DNA of 64,000 nucleotides from NCBI GenBank assembly GCA_965228475.1, contig OZ245817.1:3840001-3904000 (forward strand), written 5' to 3'. This DNA comes from Myxococcota bacterium. Its GTDB lineage: Bacteria; Myxococcota_A; UBA9160; JAFDDA01. A program made the position numbers and the translations under genes. Of the stretch, positions 47,471 to 55,798 are shown in pieces. The notes under the pieces are model-generated. The model was given only the letters and a program-made list of their open reading frames with translations, was not told the DNA's origin and did not search any database. Every line of letters starts with the position of its first letter. The first letter of the stretch is position 1.

Positions 47471-49702
47471 ATGCAGCCGGGCCGGGCCAGCGTGGAGCAC
47501 GAAGTCGTCCTGGTGGGCGCCGGGCACGCCCACGTCCAGATCCTGCGCCGCTTCATGATGAAGCCGGTCCCGGGCGTCCGGGTGACGGTCGTCCTGGACC
47601 GCCCCGAGGCGGTCTACTCGGGCATGGTGCCGGGCTTCGTCGCGGGCCAGTACACGGCCCACGACCTCACGATCGACCCCGTGCCGCTGGCGCGCCGCGC
47701 GGGGGCGCGCGTCGTCCTCGCCCCGGCCACGCGGGTGGACGCCGGCGCGCGCCGGATCGAACTCGAAGGCCGCCCCTCCCTCGCCTACGACGTCGCGAGC
47801 CTCGACGTCGGCTCGAGCGTTCGCGGGCTCGAGCTGCCCGGCGTCCGCGAGCACGCGCTGGCCACGCGGCCGATCGGCGGCCTGGTCGCGGGGGTCGAAG
47901 CGGCGATCGCACGGGCCCGCGCGGCCCGGGGTGAAGCGCCGCTCCGGATCGCGGTGGTCGGGGCGGGCGCTGCGGGCGTCGAGCTCGCCTTCTGCCTGGG
48001 TGCGAGGCTCCGCCGGGAGCGCGTCGCCCACGCGACGTCCGTCTTCACCGCGGGCGACGAACTCCTGCCCGGCCAGCCCGCCCGGGTCCGCGACCGCCTC
48101 GCCCGTCTCCTCGCCGCGGAAGGCATCACGCTCCGGACGGGCTTCGCCGCGACCGCGGTCGAGAAGGATGCGCTGCACGGCTCGGTCGGAGGAAGCGCCG
48201 TCGTCGAGCCGGTGGACCTCGTCGTCTGGGCGGCCGGTGCGGCCCCGTCGGAGCTCCTGCGCGAATCCACCCTGCCCGCGACCGAGGCCGGCTTCCTCCG
48301 GGTGCGCGAAACGCTCCAGGTCGTCGACCAGGATGCCCTCTTCGCCGTCGGCGACTGCGCATGGCTCGACGCCCATCCCTGGATGCCGCGCGCAGGCGTC
48401 CACGCCGTGCGCGAGGGTCCGACCCTCGACCACAACCTGCGCGCGCTCCTCGCGGGGCGCCCGCTGCGCAACCACGAACCCCAGCGCGACTTCCTCACCC
48501 TGCTGAACCTCGGCGAGGGCCGCGCCTTCGGCATGAAGTGGGGCCTTGCCGTCGAGGGCCGCGCGGTCTTTCGCCTGAAGGACGCGATCGACCGGCGCTT
48601 CATGCGCCGCTTCCAGGTGCTCGACGAAGCGGGCGCACCGAGCGCGCACTTCCCCTCGGCCGAAGCCATGGGCATGGACGCCGAAGAGATGGCCTGCGGC
48701 GGCTGCGCGGCCAAGGTCGGCGCGCGGCCCCTCGAGGCAGCCCTGGCCCGGCTCCCGGCGCCGCCCGAGGACGCCTCGGTCCTGCTCGGCCTCGAAACCC
48801 CCGACGATGCGGCGCTCGTCGCCGGCCCGGGCGGCGGCGCCACGCTCACCACCATCGACGGCTTCCGCCCTTTCACCGACGACCCGTTCCTCGTCGGGCG
48901 CGTGGCCGCGATCAACGCCGCCTCGGACGTCCTGGCCAAGGGCGGAACGCCGCGCCACGCACTGGCGCTCGTGACCGTCCCGCCCGATGCCGAAGCCGAG
49001 ACCCTCGCCCAGGTCCTGGCCGGCGTGCGCGCCGCCCTCGACCCGCTCGGAGCGAGCCTCGTCGGCGGTCACACGACGGCGGGCGAGGAGCTCTTCGTCG
49101 CACTCTCGATCCTCGGCGCCGTCGAGGAGGACGCCACGCTGCTCCCGCTCTCGGGAGGGCGGCCCGGCGACGCCCTGATCCTGACGCGCGCGCTCGGCAC
49201 CGGCGTGATCCTCGCCGCGGACATGCAGGGCCGCGCCCGGGGGCCGTGGGTCGCCGAGACGCACCGGCAGATGGTGCGCCCGAACCCGCGCGCCCGCGGA
49301 GCCCACGCTGCGACGGACGTCTCGGGGTTCGGTCTCGCCGTCCACCTCGGGGAACTCGCCGAGGCGAGCGGCGTCGGCGCGCGCGTCCGGCTCGGCGCCC
49401 TTCCCCTGCTGCCCGGCGCCGAGGCGCTGTTCGCCGCGGGCCTGCGCAGCACGGCCCACCCGCAGAACGTCGCGGCGGCGAAGGTCCGCGCCGAGCCCCC
49501 CGCCGCCGACGACCCGCGCCTGGCCGCGCTCTTCGACCCCCAGACCTCGGGCGGCCTGCTGCTCGCGACCGGCCCCGAGCAGACCGAAGCGACGCTCGCG
49601 CGGCTCCACGCCGAGGGCCATCGCGACGCCTGCGTGATCGGCGAGCTCGTGCCCTTCGTGAGCTCGAGCGGCTCAGGCCCGCGCATCGACGTTCAACCTT
49701 GA
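47471..49702 (+). CDS. selD: Selenide,water dikinase fused to N-terminal pyridine nucleotide-disulfide oxidoreductase
   Basis: N-terminal GAGHAH and GAGAAGVE; C-terminal CGGCAAK, DDAA, INAASDV, GGHT, TDVSGFGL, DPQTSGGLL. Confidence 0.9.
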   Translation: MQPGRASVEHEVVLVGAGHAHVQILRRFMMKPVPGVRVTVVLDRPEAVYSGMVPGFVAGQYTAHDLTIDPVPLARRAGARVVLAPATRVDAGARRIELEGRPSLAYDVASLDVGSSVRGLELPGVREHALATRPIGGLVAGVEAAIARARAARGEAPLRIAVVGAGAAGVELAFCLGARLRRERVAHATSVFTAGDELLPGQPARVRDRLARLLAAEGITLRTGFAATAVEKDALHGSVGGSAVVEPVDLVVWAAGAAPSELLRESTLPATEAGFLRVRETLQVVDQDALFAVGDCAWLDAHPWMPRAGVHAVREGPTLDHNLRALLAGRPLRNHEPQRDFLTLLNLGEGRAFGMKWGLAVEGRAVFRLKDAIDRRFMRRFQVLDEAGAPSAHFPSAEAMGMDAEEMACGGCAAKVGARPLEAALARLPAPPEDASVLLGLETPDDAALVAGPGGGATLTTIDGFRPFTDDPFLVGRVAAINAASDVLAKGGTPRHALALVTVPPDAEAETLAQVLAGVRAALDPLGASLVGGHTTAGEELFVALSILGAVEEDATLLPLSGGRPGDALILTRALGTGVILAADMQGRARGPWVAETHRQMVRPNPRARGAHAATDVSGFGLAVHLGELAEASGVGARVRLGALPLLPGAEALFAAGLRSTAHPQNVAAAKVRAEPPAADDPRLAALFDPQTSGGLLLATGPEQTEATLARLHAEGHRDACVIGELVPFVSSSGSGPRIDVQP

Positions 49703-50760
49703 GGCGAGGCGCTCGCACTTCCGCCTGGGTCGCCCTCCTCCTCGCGACGGCGCTCGGTTCTCCCGCGCTCGGCACCGACCCGGCGCGGCCCGCCCTCGAT
49801 GCGGAAGCCCCCCCGGCCTACCTGCTCGACGAGCCCGGCACGGTCGAGATCTCCCCCGAAGCCTGGTCCGCGAACCCCGGCCGCTTCGACTTCCTGCCGG
49901 GCGAGCGGCTCGACTTCGCCATCCGCTACCTCGGGGTCCCGATCGGCCGGGTCTGGCTCGAGGTCGCGCGCTTCGTCGAATGGGAAGGACGCCGCGTCGC
50001 GCACCTCGTGGCCGGCGCGAAGACGAATGCCTTCTGGTCGACGTTCTACCGCATCGACGACCGCTCCGAAGCCTTCGTCGACCTCGACCGGGCCGTCACC
50101 CTGCGCACCCGCACCCACACGCTCCACGGCCGGCGCCACGAAGTCTTCGAACAGATCGACTTCGACTGGGACACCCACTTCGTCCACATCCGGGAAGAGA
50201 AACGCCACCGAAGCCGCCTGCGGGAAGAGGGCTTCGACTTCGGCCCCTTCGTCCACGACCCCTTCGATCTCTTCTACGTGCTGCGCTCCCTGCCCCTCGG
50301 GCTCGAGACGAGCGCGCGCTTCCCCGTCTACGCCAACCGCAAGATCTACGCGTTCCACGTCGACGTGATCCGCAAGGAAACCCTCGAGGACGGCCCGCTC
50401 GGCCCGGGCGAAGTCTTCGTCCTCCGGCCCTACGACCTGCTCGACGGGGAACCCGCCGGGAGCGGCGCCGGGGAGGTCTTCGTGCGCGACGATGCGCGCC
50501 GCCTGCCGGTGCGGCTCGTCGGCTGGTTCCGCACGACGAGCCACTTCCGCGTCGCCGGCATCCGCGCGGACCTCGTGGCGTACCGCGAGCGCCTCCCGGG
50601 CTGGCCCGCGCCGCCGCCGCTCCGGCCGCGCCGGGACCCGCCGGTGATCGAGCCGAGCGAGGACGGCCGCCCGCAGTGGACGCCGCCCGCCGCGGTCCGC
50701 GAAGCGCGGGAACGGCGCGGCACCGCCCCCTACCACCGCAAGACGGATCTTTCCGGGTAG
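49699..50760 (+). CDS. Exported DUF3108-like protein
   Basis: Signal peptide; GERLDFAIRYLGVPIG, DP...FY.LR, D..RLPV; TTG overlaps selD TGA. Confidence 0.65.
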   Translation: MRRGARTSAWVALLLATALGSPALGTDPARPALDAEAPPAYLLDEPGTVEISPEAWSANPGRFDFLPGERLDFAIRYLGVPIGRVWLEVARFVEWEGRRVAHLVAGAKTNAFWSTFYRIDDRSEAFVDLDRAVTLRTRTHTLHGRRHEVFEQIDFDWDTHFVHIREEKRHRSRLREEGFDFGPFVHDPFDLFYVLRSLPLGLETSARFPVYANRKIYAFHVDVIRKETLEDGPLGPGEVFVLRPYDLLDGEPAGSGAGEVFVRDDARRLPVRLVGWFRTTSHFRVAGIRADLVAYRERLPGWPAPPPLRPRRDPPVIEPSEDGRPQWTPPAAVREARERRGTAPYHRKTDLSG

Positions 50761-50810
50761 CGCCGTCCCGCACACGCCGCCGGTGATAGAATGCGCTCCG
50801 AGGAGGTTTC

Positions 50811-52031
50811 ATGGCGCGGCCCGAAGACGTCGGACTCTCGAGCGAGCGGCTCGCCCGCATCGACGACCACCTGAAGCGGCGATACATCGACCCGGGCAAG
50901 ATCGCGGGCGCCCTGACCACCGTCTGGCGCCGGGGGCAGCTCGCCTACCAGTCGCCGATCGGCATGGCAGACCTCGAGCGCGGCCGCCCGATGCGCGAGG
51001 ACACGATCTTCCGCATCTACTCGATGACGAAGCCGATCACCTCGATCGCCCTCATGCAGCTCTACGAACGCGGCGACTTCCAGCTGAACGACCCGGTGCA
51101 CCGCTTCATCCCCTCCTGGCGGGACCTCGGGGTCTTCCAGATGGGGAGCTTCCCGGCGTTCCTGACGAGACCCTGCGATCGCCCGATGACCGTCCACGAT
51201 CTCCTCACCCACCAGTCGGGCCTGACCTACGGCTTCCTCCACCAGAGCAACGTCGACCACGCCTACCGCAAGCTCGGCATCGGTGACCTCGAGCGCACGC
51301 AGGACACCCTTGCCGAGACGTGCGAGAAGCTCGCGCGCGTGCCACTCGAGTTCTCCCCGGGGACGGCCTGGAACTACTCCGTCGCGACGGACATCTGCGG
51401 CCACCTCGTGGAACTCATCAGCGGCGAGCCCTTCGACGCCTACCTCCAGCGCCACGTCTTCGACCCGCTCGGCATGGAAGACACCGGCTTCTTCGTGCCG
51501 CCGGAGAAGGCCGACCGCCTGGCGAGCTGCTACGAGCGCGGCCCGGGCAAGAAGCTCCGCGTGCAGGACGACGCCACGACGAGCCCGTACCTCGAGAAGC
51601 CGAACTTCCTCTCGGGCGGCGGTGGCCTCGTCTCGACGGCGGCGGACTACCTGCGCTTCTGCCGCATGCTGCTCGGCCAGGGAGCGCTCGAAGGCGAACG
51701 CGTGATCGGCCGGAAGACCCTCGAGCTGATGACACGCAACCACCTGCCCGGCGGCGTGGACCTCCAGGAGCGCGCCCTCGGCGGCTTCAGCGAGAGCCCC
51801 TACGCGGGCGTCGGCTTCGGGCTCGGCTTCTCGGTGCAGATCGACAACGCGAAGGGCGCGGTGGTCGGATCCGAGGGCGAGTTCGCCTGGGGCGGCGCGG
51901 CGAGCACCGCGTTCTGGGTCGATCCCTCGGAGGAGCTGATCGTGCTCTACCTGACCCAGTTCATGCCGTCGCGGACGTTCAACTTCCGCGGGCAGCTGAA
52001 GGCCATCGTCTACGGCGCGATCGACGACTGA
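50811..52031 (+). CDS. Serine hydrolase, beta-lactamase class C/esterase family
   Basis: YSMTK, LLTHQSG, WNYS, WGGA. Confidence 0.9.
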   Translation: MARPEDVGLSSERLARIDDHLKRRYIDPGKIAGALTTVWRRGQLAYQSPIGMADLERGRPMREDTIFRIYSMTKPITSIALMQLYERGDFQLNDPVHRFIPSWRDLGVFQMGSFPAFLTRPCDRPMTVHDLLTHQSGLTYGFLHQSNVDHAYRKLGIGDLERTQDTLAETCEKLARVPLEFSPGTAWNYSVATDICGHLVELISGEPFDAYLQRHVFDPLGMEDTGFFVPPEKADRLASCYERGPGKKLRVQDDATTSPYLEKPNFLSGGGGLVSTAADYLRFCRMLLGQGALEGERVIGRKTLELMTRNHLPGGVDLQERALGGFSESPYAGVGFGLGFSVQIDNAKGAVVGSEGEFAWGGAASTAFWVDPSEELIVLYLTQFMPSRTFNFRGQLKAIVYGAIDD

Positions 52032-52043
52032 TCCCCGCGGCCG

Positions 52044-52508
52044 CTAGCCCTGGGCGTAGTACGCCCGGAGCCGCGCGTGCCTTCGCACGAAGATGAACCG
52101 GTAGACCCGCTCGAGCACCCGGCCAAGGGGCGCGAACCTCGGCACGAGGCTGCAGACGTCGCGGACCTCAACGCCCCCCTCGACGGCGGTCACGCTCCGC
52201 CGGTGCCGCCAGACACTCAGCAAGCCGTTCGAGGACACCTCGTCGAAGAAGGCGGGCGCCTCGACGCCGCGCAGGGCGAAGCGGTGGGCGTCGATGGGAA
52301 GCACCCCCAGCGCCAGGAAGTACGAGGTGAAGTGGCTCTTTCCGTCGGCGGGGACGTCCTCGACGGTCGGGTAGCGCGCGGGATGGGTCATCCGGACGAG
52401 GGGCGCCAGCTCGTGGTTGACGCCCTCCCAGGTGGCGATGCGGTCCCACACGTCGCGCTGCGACGCATGGGCGAGGTGGGACGCGATCTCGAACCCGAAT
52501 TCCGTCAC
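52044..52508 (-). CDS. Hypothetical protein, SRPBCC-like
   Basis: VWDRI..WEGVNHEL, WRHRRSV, F..RH pattern. Confidence 0.6.
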   Translation of the reverse strand: MTEFGFEIASHLAHASQRDVWDRIATWEGVNHELAPLVRMTHPARYPTVEDVPADGKSHFTSYFLALGVLPIDAHRFALRGVEAPAFFDEVSSNGLLSVWRHRRSVTAVEGGVEVRDVCSLVPRFAPLGRVLERVYRFIFVRRHARLRAYYAQG

Positions 52509-52580
52509 GGAGGCTCCCTGGTACCGAATGGCTCACCCCCGAGCGGTGACACATGCGGGCCCGAGCTGCCACCCAATTGC

Positions 52581-53291
52581 ATGAAGAACCGCACCCTCTT
52601 CCTGATGATGGGCCTCGCCGCCCTGTCGTTCTCCCAGCCGGCCCTGGCGCTGAACTTCGCGTGGACGGGTACGACCATCGACGCGCCCGTCGACGACGGG
52701 ACTGGCGTGTTCGCGGGCAACGGGGCGTTCTCTACGTTCTCCGGCACGTTCCAGACGGGCGATACCTGTGGCGCCGGCTGCTCGATCAGCAACGAGCCGG
52801 GCGAATCGGACTACGAGTTCTCCCTCGGAAGCCAGTTCGGCGGCACCCTCAGCGATGGCGTCGTCAGCACGAGTGGCGACGTCTCCTACATCAACGTCCA
52901 GGACAACATCGCACTCGACGCCGACGAGGCGGCGCTCCTGAGCTTCCTGCTCGGCGCGACGGTCACGGCCGGAACCGAGGTCGACGTCTGGACGATCGGA
53001 GCCGAGGACGACGCGGTCTACTTCGACGAAGAGCTCATCGACGGCGGCTACGTGGAGGTCGTCTTCATCTCTCTGGACACCGACCTCTTCGACGACACCT
53101 CCTTCCGCCCGGCTCCGCCGGACGCCTCCGAGGTGGATCTCGTCGCGTTCCTCATCGAGGAAGCCGAGATGGGCGAGCAGATCTACAACGCCTTCGGCAC
53201 GGTCGATTCCTTCGCGACGGTCCCCGAGCCGGGCCTCGCCCTGCTCCTCGGCGCGGGCGCCCTCGGCCTCGCACGCCGCCGCCGCGCCTAG
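52581..53291 (+). CDS. PEP-CTERM sorting-domain protein
   Basis: Signal peptide, acidic body, C-terminal VPEP-hydrophobic-RRRRA. Confidence 0.88.
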   Translation: MKNRTLFLMMGLAALSFSQPALALNFAWTGTTIDAPVDDGTGVFAGNGAFSTFSGTFQTGDTCGAGCSISNEPGESDYEFSLGSQFGGTLSDGVVSTSGDVSYINVQDNIALDADEAALLSFLLGATVTAGTEVDVWTIGAEDDAVYFDEELIDGGYVEVVFISLDTDLFDDTSFRPAPPDASEVDLVAFLIEEAEMGEQIYNAFGTVDSFATVPEPGLALLLGAGALGLARRRRA

Positions 53292-54500
53292 CTAGGAAGG
53301 CCCGGGCCCGAACCGCTCGATCAGGCGGAAGATCGGAACCGCCACGCGGCGCAGCGCCGGCGCCACGGCCCGGGCGAGCGCGCCCGGCTCCGCCGTGTTC
53401 CGCGCCGACCCGAACTCCTTGAGGCCGAGCTCCTCCTGGAGATCCCCGGCCAGCGTGTTCACCGGCGCGTCGAGCGGGATCCCGGTCGAGTCCGCGATGC
53501 GCGTCATGCGCTGGAAGTTCCCGACCACGGCCGCCGCGTCGACCAGCCCCTCCGGGCCGACCGCATCGAGCAGCACCTGCCGCGCGGCGGCGAGCTCGGC
53601 CTCGCTGCCGCGCACCGCCGCTTCGGTGAAGGCGAGCAGCTCCGGAGCGTGCGGGATCCCGCTGTCCGCCGCGGCCGCGTCGTCCGTGACGGCGCTGACG
53701 TCGATCTCCGCACCTGCGTTCTCGCCGCTCACCCGGAGCAGCAGGGAGTGCGAGCTCGTTCAGTAGAAGCACTCGGCCAGCGCGGAGACCCGGCCCGCGA
53801 CCAGCTCGATCTGCCGGCGGTCGAGCGTGCGGCCGCGGTCGAGATCCATCATCTCGGCGGGCGTCAGGTAGTGCGCCGCCGAGAGATCCTTCAGCTGCCG
53901 CACCTCGTCCGGCACGAGCGAGAGGGCCTTCAGCACGTTCCCCGTCTTGGGCATCCCATCGAAGAGATCCTGCTCGGCCCCGCGCGCGCCGCGCTCGGTC
54001 ACCCAGGGAACCCACGCCTCGCCCTCCACCGCACCCGGCGGGCGGTAGCGGCTCGGCGTGCCCGCCTCGGGTTCGCGGAAGGGGCGCGGCGGCACGCCGA
54101 TCCCGCGGCAGAAGGCGTCGATCGAGACCACGGTCACGATGACGCCGATCGTCTCGACGTAGTGCTCCTTCGAGAGCCCCGCCGCCATGACCTTCTCGAA
54201 CCAGACGTGGGAGAGGCGGCTCGGGTCGTTCACGACCTGGTGCACGACCTCGACCACGGCGGCCGGCACCGCGAACTCCGAATCGTGCTCGCCCTCGACG
54301 GCCAGGGGCGAGAGCGCCTCCTTGCGCTTCGCACAAAGCGTGCAGGCGGGTGCGCTGCGCACCTCGCGCGCGATGGCCGTCCGCTCGAGGCCGTTCCACC
54401 AGGTCCCGGCCTCGGCCAGCCGCACGAAGGCCCGGTGATGGGCCTGCTGAAGATCCTTGCGGACGGGGATGGCGGCGTCGGAATAGGAGGTGTCGAGCAC
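53292..54500 (-). CDS. Tandem AhpD/CMD-like peroxidase, probable selenoprotein (UGA 53760-53762 = Sec)
   Basis: Two ORFs in the same frame joined by one TGA giving ECFY-U-TSSH; equivalent ACTLC in the N-terminal repeat; SECIS-like hairpin follows. Confidence 0.78.
53706..53754 (-). promoter_or_regulatory. Bacterial SECIS-like stem-loop
   Basis: GCUGCUC-CGGGU-GAGCGGC upper stem, loop begins 25 nt after UGA; lower CGCAC/GUGCG pairing. Confidence 0.65.
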
Positions 54501-54556
54501 GGCACTAGGCTGCCCTTCTACACCCTTCGATGTCAAGGCGGGGCCGGCCGACGGAC

Positions 54557-55798
54557 TCAGGGCGCGGGGAGCGTCGAGTCCGGCGGGGCGAGGAGATCGA
54601 GAATCTCGTCGTGGCTCCGGCGCGCATCCTCGCGCCCGAGCTCCACCAGCTGCGAGGTGTAGCAGCCGTCGAAGTAGAGATAGGAGAGCAGATCGGCCTC
54701 GTCGTCCGGCACGCCCTGTCGCGCGAGGCGCGTGAGGAGGCTCGCGAGCACGCCCATGTCGCGGGCATTGCCGCGGCGGGCGTGGCACTCCGCCGCGAGC
54801 CGGCCGAGGTCTTCGCTCGGGCGCAGCACCACGCTGCTCACGGGTCGGTAGCCCGCGCCGCGCTGCTCGCGCACCACGGGGTTCATCCGCTCGAGGTAGT
54901 CCGGGCCGAAGGCCCGCTCGCCCTGGGCGATCATCGCGTTCACGAGCTCGATGCGCTGGAGCTCGTACTCGAGCTGGTCGAGCGTCAGGGCGTCGAGGAC
55001 CTTGCCGAGCATGAAAGCCGGCTGGGTCACGACCTCCTCCGGGTACGGCTCGACGGCGGGGGCGGTGTCGCGCGAGCGGCGCAGCGACACGACGAGGATC
55101 CGGTCGCAGCGCAGGCGCAGCGCCGGGGAGAGCGGCGTGTTCATGCGCAGGCCGCCGTCGACGTAGTAGTTCCGCCCGATGCGCACGGCCGGGAAGAGGA
55201 ACGGGATCGCGGCGGAGGCGCGCACGTGCCGCGCGGTGATGGTCTCGCGGATGGCGTGGGAGTTCGGGTCGTGATCGAAGGGGTGGGTGTCCGCGAGCGG
55301 TCCGTCCATGAAGACCGTGACGCGCCCCGCCCGGATCTCCGTGCAGGAGATGCAGAGCGCCCGGCCGCCCTCCGCGGCGAGGTTCTCCTGCAGGTGGGTC
55401 CAGGGGACGCGCTCCTCGACCATCTCTTCGAGCGGCGTCACGTCGACGAGGCCGCCGATCACCTGACGGCGCGCGGCCGCGCCTTCCCGGGCGCTTCGCC
55501 GGAAGCCGAGCAGCCGCAGCGGGACGCCGACGACGTCGGTCCAGTCGAGCTCGAGCACGTCGGCGACGGACATCCCGGTCCAGGTATCGTCGAGCCGGCG
55601 CGCGCGATGCTCGGAGTCCATGTGGCTGCTCGCGAGGGTGTAGGCCGCGTGGATCGCACCGACCGAAGTGCCCGAGGCGACCGAGAACTCAAAGGTCCGG
55701 GGAAGCTGCGGGTAGACGTACTCGTACAGGTAGGAGAGCACCCCGGCCTCGTAGGCGCCGCGCGCCCCGCCGCCCGCCAGCACGAGCCCGGCCCTCAT
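54557..55798 (-). CDS. Patatin-like phospholipase
   Basis: GGGARG, GTSVG, DGG motifs. Confidence 0.92.
   Translation of the reverse strand: MRAGLVLAGGGARGAYEAGVLSYLYEYVYPQLPRTFEFSVASGTSVGAIHAAYTLASSHMDSEHRARRLDDTWTGMSVADVLELDWTDVVGVPLRLLGFRRSAREGAAARRQVIGGLVDVTPLEEMVEERVPWTHLQENLAAEGGRALCISCTEIRAGRVTVFMDGPLADTHPFDHDPNSHAIRETITARHVRASAAIPFLFPAVRIGRNYYVDGGLRMNTPLSPALRLRCDRILVVSLRRSRDTAPAVEPYPEEVVTQPAFMLGKVLDALTLDQLEYELQRIELVNAMIAQGERAFGPDYLERMNPVVREQRGAGYRPVSSVVLRPSEDLGRLAAECHARRGNARDMGVLASLLTRLARQGVPDDEADLLSYLYFDGCYTSQLVELGREDARRSHDEILDLLAPPDSTLPAP

Noticed and set aside
48690..48716. Selenocysteine in SelD active site
   Set aside because: Both Cys codons in CGGCAAK are TGC, not TGA
52519..52533. 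sigma54 promoter for the PEP-CTERM gene
   Set aside because: GG-to-GC spacing is one base short and the match is poor
53292..54500. Pseudogene with premature stop
   Set aside because: The stop is TGA exactly at the redox Cys position, is followed by a SECIS-like hairpin, and both halves look intact
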